Positions 30,093 to 40,563 of a stretch of 64,000 nucleotides of DNA are shown one piece after another (within the stretch, counting starts at the first letter, position 1; the number at the start of each line of letters is the position of its first letter). The DNA is from Candidatus Bathyarchaeum tardum (GTDB taxonomy: Archaea > Thermoproteota > Bathyarchaeia > Bathyarchaeales > Bathyarchaeaceae). Below the pieces are notes generated by a model, which saw only the letters and a program-made list of their open reading frames with translations, was not told where the DNA came from and did not search any database. Position numbers and translations under genes: made by a program. The DNA lies in contig CP122380.1 in NCBI GenBank assembly GCA_024650005.2, positions 1,280,001 to 1,344,000 of the forward strand, written 5' to 3'.

Positions 30093-32405
30093 TTATACTG
30101 ATTTTTTTAGCGGGAACGTTTCAAAATTTGGAGTACAAAATCCTGAAGCATAATCAGAAATTGTTTGGGTCGAAAAGCCAAATTGGCTCAAAAGGTTAGA
30201 TGCAGCAGAATACAATAAAGAAAGATATTTTGTTAAGTCAGGGCGTGTTTTGGAGTTAATTAGTTCTTTTGGTTTTATTCGGCGTAGGTGTCGTTTGTTT
30301 GTTGCATCGGTGAAAAGGTATTTGATGCTTTTCCCTGCGTATACGTCATAGCCTTCTGTTAAGAGTTGTTTTCCAGCTATTCTTTGGCTGATGTTTTGGG
30401 AGTAATCGCTGGGTTCTTTAGAAAGGCGTTTTGTTATTATCAAGTCCCATATGGGAATTTCGTTGTTAAGGAGTTTATTCTTGTAGGCTATAATTACCTT
30501 CAGGGCGTCAGGAATTTTTTTTATGAACTCTTGGGAGCTCTCAGCAGAGGATAAGGCTTGAATCATGTCTACTTGGGCGTTGTAGACAAATTTTGGGGTG
30601 TCTCGTCTTCGGGCTTGGATGCCTCTGACTTTGATTATTCCGTCAGTTTTTACGCCATAATAACGATTCAAAACTGGAACATCAGGATGAGTTTTAGAAG
30701 GAAGAAAAACGATCCATTTGTAAAGACCACTAAAATCTAAAGGCAAATCAACTTTCTTGGAGATTTTTTCAGCTAGTTGCATATAATCTTTAGATGATGT
30801 GTTTTCTTTTTTTAGCCAAAGGGAATCTACAATTCCATGAATAACGTTAAAACCAGAATCTTCTGCAATATGAGAAGCAGTTAATAATGAATCTCGACCA
30901 TAAGCGCAAACACCCATATGTCCGTCCACAGTTCCAAATTTTGAATTTCGATAACCTAGGTAACCAAAACAAGTTACAAGAATCCACTTCAAAGCAGATT
31001 GTCTTTTATCATAAACTTCACGGAGAACTTCATCGTTGGTTTCTTTTGCCAACTTTTTGTAAAGTAGTCTCTTTTTTACTGTAAACTCTAAAACTTTAGG
31101 AACAATTCCCCTTCTTTGTTCACAAACATGAAAACCTAACTCAGGAAATCTTGAACCTGAATCAGAACAACAACTACAAAGAACGGTTTCGGCTGAAATA
31201 TTGTAGTTAGCCATCAAAGAAGGATACATCGACGAAAAATCAATCTCGCCAACTTGATCATGAATACCTATTTTTGGTTCATAGACAAAGCCACCCCGGT
31301 CACCTATCAGAAGTTGGTAAGCTGACTTGAAAGACTCCCCAACCTGTTTGTTGCGTGGAACTAAAAAACCGTCTTTTAATGCTTGATAATTTTGAAGGGC
31401 AGACATGGTTGTTCCAATGGATGACCGGGAAGCTTTATGCAAGGGCACTCTGCAGCTTCGGGCAATCTCGATCAACCCATTAAAGCCACTTTCTCGGACA
31501 ACAAAAGTGTTGTTTTCATCCACATGAATTCTGCCATAAAGTCTTCGGGTGGGAGAACGGAAATAAGTTTGACCGTAAGAAAAGTATGTTGTTCCTTTTT
31601 TTGGTTTCGCTACAAGAGGTATTTTATCTCTGCTTAAAACAAAATTATTTGAAATCTCGTTAACTGTTGCTCTTTTTGCAAGATACGGAAATATGAACGA
31701 GTCACCCCCATTAGTAAAAATTATGTCAGGATCAAAATTTCTTATCAGGTAAGCCGTGTGCAGTAACTTATAGCGTTCTGTTCCGGAATTAATGACGACT
31801 TTTTGTCCATTATCAAAAGCAACAGCTATCTCCTCAATTGGTTCATTGAAAGTTGATGGTTTGTGTTTTTGGTTTGAACTTAAGTGAAGTTCAGCGAATC
31901 TAAACGGGGGGACAGCATAGTTTACAGCTTCAACAGAATCCAAGACTTTGTAATTTAGGTTATAATTTTCGACGTTAATTTCTACAAACGCAAGAGGAAA
32001 CAAGTCGCGCTCAAACATATAAAGCTGGGAAGGGGACAAATCAGAATTGTGAACTTGATACCTGAGGTATTTCCCAGCTTCTAGAATTTTACGAACAAGC
32101 AAAGGAATTTTTTGATAATTTGTTACGGTAACTTCCTGAACTAACGACTCAGCCCAGTTTGTATGGTCAACATGTTTTGGCACAAATCGAGAGGAATCAA
32201 TTGGCAACTTAGAAACTAAATTTTGCAGTTCATTTAATGAAGCTTCTTTGCTTGAAACATAAAATCGGGGTTTGAAGGTGTCAACCAATTTGATTCTTTT
32301 TCCATTTTCACAGATTATCCATACGTTCATCTGACCATCTGTTGAAGGATATAGATCAAATAACCAACCTTTAACTTTGTTAAGAACTGGATTTTGTTGA
32401 ACCAA
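30093..32405 (-). CDS. polB2: Family B DNA polymerase, PolB2 group
   Basis: Motif A DFSSMYPS, motif B RQ.ALKWILVTCFGYLGY, altered motif C HGIVDSLW (no DTDS). Confidence 0.9.
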   Translation of the reverse strand: MVQQNPVLNKVKGWLFDLYPSTDGQMNVWIICENGKRIKLVDTFKPRFYVSSKEASLNELQNLVSKLPIDSSRFVPKHVDHTNWAESLVQEVTVTNYQKIPLLVRKILEAGKYLRYQVHNSDLSPSQLYMFERDLFPLAFVEINVENYNLNYKVLDSVEAVNYAVPPFRFAELHLSSNQKHKPSTFNEPIEEIAVAFDNGQKVVINSGTERYKLLHTAYLIRNFDPDIIFTNGGDSFIFPYLAKRATVNEISNNFVLSRDKIPLVAKPKKGTTYFSYGQTYFRSPTRRLYGRIHVDENNTFVVRESGFNGLIEIARSCRVPLHKASRSSIGTTMSALQNYQALKDGFLVPRNKQVGESFKSAYQLLIGDRGGFVYEPKIGIHDQVGEIDFSSMYPSLMANYNISAETVLCSCCSDSGSRFPELGFHVCEQRRGIVPKVLEFTVKKRLLYKKLAKETNDEVLREVYDKRQSALKWILVTCFGYLGYRNSKFGTVDGHMGVCAYGRDSLLTASHIAEDSGFNVIHGIVDSLWLKKENTSSKDYMQLAEKISKKVDLPLDFSGLYKWIVFLPSKTHPDVPVLNRYYGVKTDGIIKVRGIQARRRDTPKFVYNAQVDMIQALSSAESSQEFIKKIPDALKVIIAYKNKLLNNEIPIWDLIITKRLSKEPSDYSQNISQRIAGKQLLTEGYDVYAGKSIKYLFTDATNKRHLRRIKPKELINSKTRPDLTKYLSLLYSAASNLLSQFGFSTQTISDYASGFCTPNFETFPLKKSV

Positions 32406-32640
32406 TCTCTTTTTTCAACCCATTCAAGGTTTTTTGCTGCTCTAAAAGAATACACATAACCATTGCTTCAAAAACTACTGGTCGCGTAGCGTTACTTGAT
32501 GCAGAAGCATAATTGCGGCAAATATCCATTAACTGGTCAAATGTTTCACGGTCATTTTTTCGTAATGCCCTAGTAAAACTGCTCCAGCGCTGGACTTCTT
32601 TATCCAGCTTCAGGCGATAAGATTCTACAGTTTTTCCCAA
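32380..32640 (-). CDS. Small PolB2-associated helical protein (arCOG07300-like)
   Basis: MGKTVESYR...W..F.RALR..DR..FD.L pattern; overlaps the polB2 start. Confidence 0.8.
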   Translation of the reverse strand: MGKTVESYRLKLDKEVQRWSSFTRALRKNDRETFDQLMDICRNYASASSNATRPVVFEAMVMCILLEQQKTLNGLKKEIGSTKSSS

Positions 32641-32643
32641 AAA

Positions 32644-33405
32644 TTATCCCTTCACAAAATCAAGAAGCGTACATTTGTTTGAAGAAGGAAACTCTGCTTT
32701 TCCTAACTGCAAGAAATGGTGTTTTTCCAAGATAAAATGAGGCGTTTGATTAGCTTTTTTAATGGATGCTACGACATTTGCTGATTCGCATAAAGTTTGC
32801 TTGAAAAACGTTGTACGTTTAGACCAAAGGTAAGGTTTGTGGGTTGCAATCAGAATTATTTTGTTTGTTTCAGCAAAACTGGAGAGATATTCTGTTAGTT
32901 GTTTGAAGATTTCTTCTGATTCTTTTTTGGGGATGTCTTTATCAAGGAACAAATACGCAGGATTTGATAAGATAACAACTTTTGTTTCGTATTTTTTGAT
33001 TGCATTTTGAAGCTGGTCAAGAATCAAGGAAACTAGCTGGTATGCAGTGAAGGCGCGTGAGACAAAGATTTTTTCTAAAACTTGTTTGGGGTCAAGTTCC
33101 CATCTTTGGGCAAGTTCGGAAATTTCGTATAGTCTAAAACTGTTGGCACCGTCTACAAACAAAACATTGGTTTCTAGTCCCCCTAACTGATAGGGGAGTT
33201 GTGCCTTGACACATAAAGTGGGCAACAGGGACTGAACAGTTGACGAGCCATGGATTACTGCAAAGTCTCCTATAAGGAAACCTGGAAACAAACTATCAAC
33301 ATGTTCTATGTCCAAAGATAAGCATAATTTTGTTTGAGTTTTTTTTAGAATTTGGGCAGAGTACATGTTTTTCACTTTCAATTCAAAGGTGGAGGTCATT
33401 ACCAA
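32644..33405 (-). CDS. Inactivated RadA/RecA-like protein
   Basis: LFVDGANSF..Y, VLEKIFVSRAFTAYQL; Walker A degenerate (HGSSTVQS). Confidence 0.85.
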   Translation of the reverse strand: MVMTSTFELKVKNMYSAQILKKTQTKLCLSLDIEHVDSLFPGFLIGDFAVIHGSSTVQSLLPTLCVKAQLPYQLGGLETNVLFVDGANSFRLYEISELAQRWELDPKQVLEKIFVSRAFTAYQLVSLILDQLQNAIKKYETKVVILSNPAYLFLDKDIPKKESEEIFKQLTEYLSSFAETNKIILIATHKPYLWSKRTTFFKQTLCESANVVASIKKANQTPHFILEKHHFLQLGKAEFPSSNKCTLLDFVKG

Positions 33406-33424
33406 ACTACAAAATTTTAGTTGT

Positions 33425-33541
33425 TTATACGTAACCGCTGTTAATTAGATTCTCAATTTCAGAGAACTTTTTTTGTCTCGCGAGATTTTGGATGTGAGTT
33501 AATCGGTTAATCACTACTTGTTTGTATTCTGTTTGTGTCAT
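33425..33541 (-). CDS. 38-aa hypothetical protein heading the PolB2 operon
   Basis: GGTGG RBS then MTQTEYKQVVINRLTHIQNLARQKKFSEIENLINSGYV. Confidence 0.55.
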   Translation of the reverse strand: MTQTEYKQVVINRLTHIQNLARQKKFSEIENLINSGYV

Positions 33542-33678
33542 TTTGAATCCACCACAGGGTTTATTTCCTTGTTTGAAAACCAGATAAAGCTGCGGTTCCA
33601 ACGACAACAAACAGAGCAGAGACCCCAGTGAAAGTGAAAACAAACCGCATAAGTTACTTAAAACAGTTTAGCAGTTAT

Positions 33679-34122
33679 CTAGCAGGTTTTCAATTGTTTC
33701 ATGTGTTTTTGAAGGAAATGACGAACCGACCCTGCGAGGTCGTAGTTGTTTGCTTCGTTTAACGGAACCCATTTGGCATCTTTTGCATCACTTGTAGGTT
33801 TTAGGACCCCATTTTTTGGTTTACCCAGAAACTGAAGCAACACATAATGATACCAAAGTTTACCTTGTTTATCCCACTCAAAAATATCGTAAGCATCCAA
33901 AGGAGTGTCTTGGATAAGTTCTATTTCTAAGCACGTTTCTTCGTTAGTTTCCCGCAGCACAGCATCCCGAACACACTCACCCAACTCCACTGCACCACCA
34001 GGAAAACTCCACTTACCCAAAGAAGGTTCAACACCACGTTTTACCAAAAGAATTTTACCAGAATCAACAACAACTGCACCCACACCCACAACAGGCTGAA
34101 CCGGATACGCACGCCTCAACAA
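33679..34122 (-). CDS. NUDIX hydrolase
   Basis: Nudix box GGAVELGECVRDAVLRETNEETCL. Confidence 0.92.
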   Translation of the reverse strand: MLRRAYPVQPVVGVGAVVVDSGKILLVKRGVEPSLGKWSFPGGAVELGECVRDAVLRETNEETCLEIELIQDTPLDAYDIFEWDKQGKLWYHYVLLQFLGKPKNGVLKPTSDAKDAKWVPLNEANNYDLAGSVRHFLQKHMKQLKTC

Positions 34123-34379
34123 CAGACCCCATTATTAAAAAACACTTCACAAACATAAGAGTGTACCGAAAAACAAAACAAAAGGTTACATGAAGTTTGA
34201 ACATAATCTCAATTTGGATTAAAAAATGATTATTTGCCAGAGTCAGCAAAATAAAGAAACATAAAAAATATAAGTGCCCCCAAGTAACAGCAAGAAAACC
34301 AAAAAATCAAGCTCGTAGGATGCGATAGCTTTTTTCTATCTATGTTTCAGCTTGTTTTTGTTTGGAGACTTTCGTAACT

Positions 34380-35699
34380 ATGGAAAAATTCGTAAAACTT
34401 AGTACCTATCAAAAATCTATTGCGAGAAAGGTAAGTAAATACACAACAGAGGGAAACTGGAAAGACTACACATGGCAGTTAAAGCAGTCAATAAAGGATG
34501 TAGTTACTTTTGAAAAATTAACTGGAATAACATTTACAAAAAAAGAACATAAAGAATTTGAAAAAATCGTTAGCAAATTTCCAATTAGCATTACTCCTTA
34601 TTATGCATCGTTAATAGACAAAGAAAATTACCAAAATGACCCGATATTCAAGCAAGCGTTTCCTAATCCGGCGGAATTGAAGGTTTCACGATACGACCTG
34701 TCAGACCCATTGCACGAAGATAAAGACAGCCCAGTAGAAGGAATTACACATCGGTATCCAGACAGGGTGCTGTTCTTGGTCAGCAACCGGTGCTCCATGT
34801 ATTGCAGACATTGCACACGAAAAAGGAAAGTTGGAGATTGCGACCATATTCCGTCAAGGGAACAAATCCTCAAAGGAATTCAATATATCAAAAAAAATCG
34901 TCAGGTCCGTGATGTCTTGCTTTCAGGCGGCGACCCTTTGATGTTGCCTGATGATTATCTTGATTGGATTTTAACTGAACTCAGAAAAATTTCCCATGTT
35001 GAAATAATTCGAATTGGTTCAAGGATGCCTGTTGTTCTGCCTTACAGAATAACTAATGCCCTTGTAAAAATGCTAAAGAAACATCATCCAATATGGTTGA
35101 ATACTCATTTTAATCATCCAAGAGAACTTACTCAGTCAGCTCGTCAAGCACTTTGTAAATTAGCTGATGCTGGGATTCCACTAGGAAATCAATCAGTATT
35201 GCTTGCGGGAGTAAACGATTGTCCACGGATAATGAAAAAACTTAATCAAAAACTTGTACAAAACAGAGTTCGCCCTTACTATTTGTTCCAATGTGACCTT
35301 TCAGAAGGACTTTCCCATTTTCGAACACCCATCGGAAAAGGAATTGAAATTGTAGAAAGCCTAGTAGGTCACACGTCGGGTCTTGCAGTTCCGACGTATG
35401 TTGTGGATGCTCCAGGTGGAGGGGGAAAAATTCCAATCATGCCAAATTATCTGATTTCTTATTCCACAAACAAAGTTGTGCTAAGAAATTATGAAGGAAT
35501 CATAACGACATACCACGAACCTGACAGTTATGAACCGATTTTCTGTGAACGAAACTGTAACGAGTGTAGTTTACTCTTAAAATTAGATGAAGCAGACGAA
35601 ACAAAAGCCATAGGAATAGAAAAACTATTGACAGATGCAGATACTGAAACAACTCTAATACCTAACGGAAACCCTAGACTCGAACGAAGAAATGAATAA
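34380..35699 (+). CDS. ablA: Lysine 2,3-aminomutase (radical SAM)
   Basis: [31 protein letters not shown]; AblA-type C-terminal C..NC..C extension. Confidence 0.92.
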   Translation: MEKFVKLSTYQKSIARKVSKYTTEGNWKDYTWQLKQSIKDVVTFEKLTGITFTKKEHKEFEKIVSKFPISITPYYASLIDKENYQNDPIFKQAFPNPAELKVSRYDLSDPLHEDKDSPVEGITHRYPDRVLFLVSNRCSMYCRHCTRKRKVGDCDHIPSREQILKGIQYIKKNRQVRDVLLSGGDPLMLPDDYLDWILTELRKISHVEIIRIGSRMPVVLPYRITNALVKMLKKHHPIWLNTHFNHPRELTQSARQALCKLADAGIPLGNQSVLLAGVNDCPRIMKKLNQKLVQNRVRPYYLFQCDLSEGLSHFRTPIGKGIEIVESLVGHTSGLAVPTYVVDAPGGGGKIPIMPNYLISYSTNKVVLRNYEGIITTYHEPDSYEPIFCERNCNECSLLLKLDEADETKAIGIEKLLTDADTETTLIPNGNPRLERRNE

Positions 35700-36246
35700 A
35701 AAGCTCGTTTGTGTGTTTCAAATGCAAAATGAAAATGACGATTTGGACTTCAACATTCGGAAGGTCAAAGTAGAAGATATCAAAGAAGTTTACAAGTTAC
35801 TTGTGGAGAATAGGCCTTATGTTGGTTTGAATTCTCGCTACACTTATTTTCTTTTAGCACGAGACTTTTCAGATACCTGTGTTGTCGCAGAACATAATGG
35901 CAAAATAGTAGGATTTTCTTCAGGTTATGTTTCGCCGTCTAGGACGGACACCTTTTTTAATTGGGAAACTGTCGTTCACAAAGATTACAGGGGAAATAAT
36001 CTGCAAAAACAGATGCTTTTACATCAACTCAGAAATACAAACGTAGACTATTTTGAGGGAACTATCAACCCATCAAATAAAGTCTCTGAAAACAATTTCT
36101 TAAAACTAGCTGAATTATTGAATACAAAATGCCAAAAAAGAGTGTTATTTAAGGAAAAAGATTTTGAGAACAGCGGACATGAAGCTGAAATTCTTTGTAG
36201 AATTGGTCCACTCAAAAAACTTCAGACACAGATCAAGGGAAAGTAA
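35692..36246 (+). CDS. GNAT acetyltransferase, EctA (diaminobutyrate acetyltransferase)-like
   Basis: LNS.Y.Y.LL...F.DTCVVAE..G.IVGF.SGY..P...DT.F.W...V...RG; TI.P.N..S; C-terminal HE.E.L.RIGP. Confidence 0.8.
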   Translation: MNKKLVCVFQMQNENDDLDFNIRKVKVEDIKEVYKLLVENRPYVGLNSRYTYFLLARDFSDTCVVAEHNGKIVGFSSGYVSPSRTDTFFNWETVVHKDYRGNNLQKQMLLHQLRNTNVDYFEGTINPSNKVSENNFLKLAELLNTKCQKRVLFKEKDFENSGHEAEILCRIGPLKKLQTQIKGK

Positions 36247-36331
36247 GATTTACTATCAAAATTTTCAGTATACTGAACATGCAAGTTGTCTAAAAATGCT
36301 GTTGTTATAAAGAAAAAAGATGTAAATTAGA

Positions 36332-37237
36332 ATGAATTTCGTTTCAAGTGAAAAATGTATTGAATGTGGCACTTCATTGCTTATTCGAGACCCAGAAACT
36401 GGTGAAGTTGTTTGTGGAAAATGTGGAGTAGTCATATCCACACAAGTTGCAGATTTAGGACCAGAATGGAGAGCATACACGCCTGAAGAACAAAAACAAA
36501 AAATACGTGTTGGATCACCAGAAACTTTGTCTATTCATGATAAAGGGCTTTCAACCAAAATTGATTGGCGAGATATAACTGGTTTTAAACCTGAAAAAAG
36601 AGCTCAACTGAAGCGTATTAGTCAATGGCAACAAAGAAGCAGGATATCTAATTCTTCCGAAAGAAGCATTTCTTTAGCATTAATAGAGATTCGCAGGGTT
36701 TCCGACAAATTAAGATTGCCTAAAAACATTGCAGAAACAGCCTCAGTAATATACAGAAAAGCAGTAAACAAAAAATTAATCAGAGGACGAACAATTCGCG
36801 GAATGGCTGCAGCATCAACATATCTGGCATGTAGACAAAACAAACTTATTCGGAGTATTTCAAAAATTTCTAATGTTTCTGGAATCAAGCGCAAAGAAAT
36901 ATCGTCAAATTATAGATATTTAGTTAAAGAACTGAAAATTTTTGTCCCAATAGTCCGTCCAAACCAACATATTACAAAGCTGTCTAACAGCCTTGAATTA
37001 AATGGAGTAACAGAAGGAATAGCACATAAGATTCTTATAGGGGCAAAAAAACAAAAACTAACGTCAGGAAGAGGGGCAAAAAGCATTGCTGCAGCTGCAT
37101 GCTATATTGCTTCAAGAATAGTTGGAAATTACAGAACACAAAGAGAAGTTGCAGATGCTGCCGAACTAACTGAAGTTACTATCAGAAACAGGTACAAAGA
37201 AATGTTGAAACGGTTAACAATTACTGTTAACCTATAA
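36332..37237 (+). CDS. tfb: Transcription initiation factor IIB paralogue
   Basis: Zn ribbon CIECG...GEVVCGKCG, GPEWRA, HDKGLST, two cyclin repeats, TEVTIRNRYKE. Confidence 0.95.
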   Translation: MNFVSSEKCIECGTSLLIRDPETGEVVCGKCGVVISTQVADLGPEWRAYTPEEQKQKIRVGSPETLSIHDKGLSTKIDWRDITGFKPEKRAQLKRISQWQQRSRISNSSERSISLALIEIRRVSDKLRLPKNIAETASVIYRKAVNKKLIRGRTIRGMAAASTYLACRQNKLIRSISKISNVSGIKRKEISSNYRYLVKELKIFVPIVRPNQHITKLSNSLELNGVTEGIAHKILIGAKKQKLTSGRGAKSIAAAACYIASRIVGNYRTQREVADAAELTEVTIRNRYKEMLKRLTITVNL

Positions 37238-37357
37238 ATGCAAATGTTTTTCCATTTTTAGTTAATACATTTTTTATCCAAAGCAAAAAATGATGTGTCA
37301 CACCAAGCATCTTGCCCAGTACAAGCAGTAAAATAAGAGTGAAAATTTAAATCAAAG

Positions 37358-38446
37358 TTATTCATGAGTTTTTTTGCGCTTTTTAAATTTTTTAGCAGAT
37401 TTTATGCTCTTTTTTCCTAATTCGTCAACAACTGTGTCTTCAATTTTTTTAGTAGAAATTGGAACAGCTGATTTCATTAGTTTAGATTTAACAACCCCAG
37501 CAATATTTTTAGCTGATTCATCATCAACTCCAACATTTTTAACTGCAGAAGATAGTCGTTTAACATCAAACTCTTTTATAGCTCCTGAGCTTTCCTTGAC
37601 AAGTATTGAATCAAGGTTAGGTTTGTAAGGTAAAACCACAATCAAAGAAGCTTCCTGATCATGTATAGTTTCAATATCATCTTGTTTTAAAACTACCGTG
37701 ATTTGTTTCTCTTTTCGATTTACGCCTTTAATTTCTACAGCATCAATAATTTTTTTATTTTTTAGGTAAATTCGAACAATATCCCCAAGAGCCAATCCTG
37801 AAGGCAACATTTCACATTTCAAAGGAACAGCAGCACATCCTTTAGGAATCCCTTCGCTTAGACCGTGCTCTTTGGCAGATATTGCTAAATGAGTGATTTT
37901 ACCATTGTGATCAATTTCTGCTTCGACTTCACCAACACCCCAATCGGTAATAAGCCGACGTCTTAGGCGCTTTTCAATTTCTTTTGGAGGTAAATCAGCA
38001 GGGAAAAGCATTTCTCGTTCAGACAAATCATTCTTAATTTCTTTTGGTACTCGGGACTTTCCTGAAATATCAAAAATTAAATGTTGAACAGGTAAGTTTA
38101 TTCTAGTGTAGTGCTTGTATTTTTGTTTTAAAAAATTTTGAAATTGAATGGATTTTTTGGGAATTTTTTCAGCTAACTTATTTCCGGTATGAACCCCCCA
38201 ACCGATTACGATGCTTGCAATTATTATTTCGGTTGCTCCTTCAATGGTTGGTTCATACAATATCGCAGTTAATCCTCCTGAAATTTCAAAAATTCCTAAA
38301 CCTAAAATCATGCCGAGAATTGATGGAAAATTTTCATTTGTAAAATATCTATAAATCATCGAAAGAAAAATTATGAAAATTGATGCTATTATTCCATAAA
38401 TTAATCCCCTAAATGCACTTAACATAAATTCTGAGACAATAAACAT
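37358..38446 (-). CDS. Membrane protein with C-terminal ATP-cone-like domain
   Basis: Three N-terminal TM helices; FPADLP..EIE.RL..RL..D core; C-terminal VKESSGAIKEFD..RL...V resembles an ATP-cone. Confidence 0.65.
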   Translation of the reverse strand: MFIVSEFMLSAFRGLIYGIIASIFIIFLSMIYRYFTNENFPSILGMILGLGIFEISGGLTAILYEPTIEGATEIIIASIVIGWGVHTGNKLAEKIPKKSIQFQNFLKQKYKHYTRINLPVQHLIFDISGKSRVPKEIKNDLSEREMLFPADLPPKEIEKRLRRRLITDWGVGEVEAEIDHNGKITHLAISAKEHGLSEGIPKGCAAVPLKCEMLPSGLALGDIVRIYLKNKKIIDAVEIKGVNRKEKQITVVLKQDDIETIHDQEASLIVVLPYKPNLDSILVKESSGAIKEFDVKRLSSAVKNVGVDDESAKNIAGVVKSKLMKSAVPISTKKIEDTVVDELGKKSIKSAKKFKKRKKTHE

Positions 38447-38660
38447 TTTTTTAAATAAAACCTACTATTTTGAATTGATATGCTTTCTTTGCCGTTTCTG
38501 GAACAATATTTATTGAACGAGTTTTTATCATCTTGAATCAAATCTTATGCGAATATGAAGACGTTTACACACTTATGAGTTCACAAATAAACGGTTAGTT
38601 TCATCTGACCGATAAGATAAGACTAATAAAGGGATTTCGAAATATAAACATTATCAAAAC

Positions 38661-39254
38661 GTGAATAATTTGTCAACAAAAAATGTAAAGATAATTAGTA
38701 ATCCTGAGGGCATTAGAGTTTTAGCAGACCCAGTACGCAGAGAAATTCTTCGCATTATTCAAGACGAACCACAAACTCAAACACAACTTGCCCGAGAGTT
38801 GAATCTTTCTAAACCCTCAGTAAAACACCATGTTCAGTTACTTCTTCATCATCAAATGATTAAAATTGCATTTACAAAAATTGAATCGCATGGAATAATT
38901 CAAAAATATTTTGAGCCAACATCTAGTTTACTAATTGAGGACTTTGAAAAAACTCCAATAAATTTACAGAAATATTTCCTTCAATTTCACATAGAAAGAT
39001 TAAGGGGCATGTTAAGTGTTTTACAACTGACAGGGAGTCTGAAAGGTCAATTATCAGGATTAACTTCGAAAGAAATAAAAGAATTAGCCCAAGAAATAGC
39101 AAAAAAAATAGCAAAAGTTGGAAAAAAATATCAAAAGACTAACAGTCAAATAACACGAGAAACATTACTTATCATGATTTACAGTGAAGCACTCGATCAA
39201 GCAATGAGTGAAGATATGTTGCAATCTCTTTTTGAAAAAAATAGAGGTGAATAA
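38661..39254 (+). CDS. ArsR-like winged-helix regulator
   Basis: VLADPVRREIL...TQTQLARELNLSKPSVKHHV..L; GIIQKYF. Confidence 0.88.
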   Translation: MNNLSTKNVKIISNPEGIRVLADPVRREILRIIQDEPQTQTQLARELNLSKPSVKHHVQLLLHHQMIKIAFTKIESHGIIQKYFEPTSSLLIEDFEKTPINLQKYFLQFHIERLRGMLSVLQLTGSLKGQLSGLTSKEIKELAQEIAKKIAKVGKKYQKTNSQITRETLLIMIYSEALDQAMSEDMLQSLFEKNRGE

Positions 39255-39300
39255 GTAACAAAATTACAAAAATAGAAAATTAAGAAGTTGATTTGATATT

Positions 39301-40554
39301 ATGCCGAAAAAAATTCAGAGAAAAAAGAACATTATAATGCTTTCAATTCATGGTGATCCTGCAACAAAAATTGGGTCAGAAGAACAAGGCGGACAACCAA
39401 TTTACATTAAAGATATCTGCAGGTTGCTTTCGAAATGTTACAAGATTGACGTTTTTACACGCAGGAAAAGTGAAAATGAAGAAGAAATTGTGGAATTAAT
39501 ACCTGATGTCAACGTTGTTAGAATAAAAGCAGGTCCAATTGAGTTTGTTCCAAAAGAAAAAATTTACTTGTATTTGAATGAATTTTTCATGAACACAATA
39601 AGATGGATTGAAAAACACAACAAAGAATATTCTCTGGTTCATTCTCATTATTGGTATTCAGGCAGTGTTGCTTTAAAACTTAAAGACCATCTAGAAATAC
39701 CGATGGTTCATAATTCTCATTCTTTGGGAAGAGTGAAATATGAAGTTTTAAAATATGATAAGCCAGTTTACGCAGATATGCGTTTATTAGAAGAAGAATT
39801 GATTTTGAAGCATTCAAACGCAATAATTGCTTCAACACCTCAAGAGGTCAAAAACATTTTAGATTTATACGATGTAACCGGAGAAAACATTGAGTTAATC
39901 AGAACCGGTGTTGATTCACAACTTTTCAGACCAATTGATAAAAAAACTGCACTAAAAGAAACTGGAATTGATTTCAAAAACATAATTTTGTTTGTAGGTC
40001 GAATCACAAAAGCAAAGGGTTTACGGATTTTAGTCAAAGCTTTTGCTCAAGTTAAACAAGAATTCAATGAGGAAATCAAATTAATTGTAATTGGAGGAGA
40101 TGTCTCAGGTGATATGCACTCCGAGGAAGAAAGCAAAGAAAAGAAATATTTGAAGCGTTTAATTAAGAAACTAAACCTAACTGAAGACGTGCTATTTTTA
40201 GGTCCAATAAACAGAGAACTGTTACCGTACATGTATTCCATAGCTGACGTTTGTGCAGTTCCTTCCTTGTATGAATCTTTTGGGCTAGTTGCAGTGGAAG
40301 CAATGTCGTGCGGAACACCAGTTATTGCATCCAAAGTAGGTGGTCTTGCACACACAGTTAGAGACGGATATTCTGGTCTTCATTTTTTGCCAGGCAGATC
40401 GGACCAATTGGCAAAATCGATACTGAAAATCCTTACAGATTGCGAAAAAACGAAAGAAATTTGTCTAAATGCTCGGTTTAGAACTGCAAGAGAGTTTGGT
40501 TTAGAACAAACTGTAAAGCAAATCAAATTGCTGTACGAGTTACTGCTGTTCTAA
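39301..40554 (+). CDS. GT4 glycosyltransferase (sucrose-phosphate synthase / MshA-like)
   Basis: S.HG.P...G...GGQ..Y, HSHYW.SG, HSLG.VK, FVGR....KG, ESFGLVAVEAMSCG. Confidence 0.88.
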   Translation: MPKKIQRKKNIIMLSIHGDPATKIGSEEQGGQPIYIKDICRLLSKCYKIDVFTRRKSENEEEIVELIPDVNVVRIKAGPIEFVPKEKIYLYLNEFFMNTIRWIEKHNKEYSLVHSHYWYSGSVALKLKDHLEIPMVHNSHSLGRVKYEVLKYDKPVYADMRLLEEELILKHSNAIIASTPQEVKNILDLYDVTGENIELIRTGVDSQLFRPIDKKTALKETGIDFKNIILFVGRITKAKGLRILVKAFAQVKQEFNEEIKLIVIGGDVSGDMHSEEESKEKKYLKRLIKKLNLTEDVLFLGPINRELLPYMYSIADVCAVPSLYESFGLVAVEAMSCGTPVIASKVGGLAHTVRDGYSGLHFLPGRSDQLAKSILKILTDCEKTKEICLNARFRTAREFGLEQTVKQIKLLYELLLF

Positions 40555-40563
40555 GTGGTTACA

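Noticed and set aside
34309-34331. Small hairpin plus U-tract upstream of ablA as a lysine or SAM riboswitch
   Set aside because: Too short and lacks aptamer consensus; at most a simple leader hairpin.
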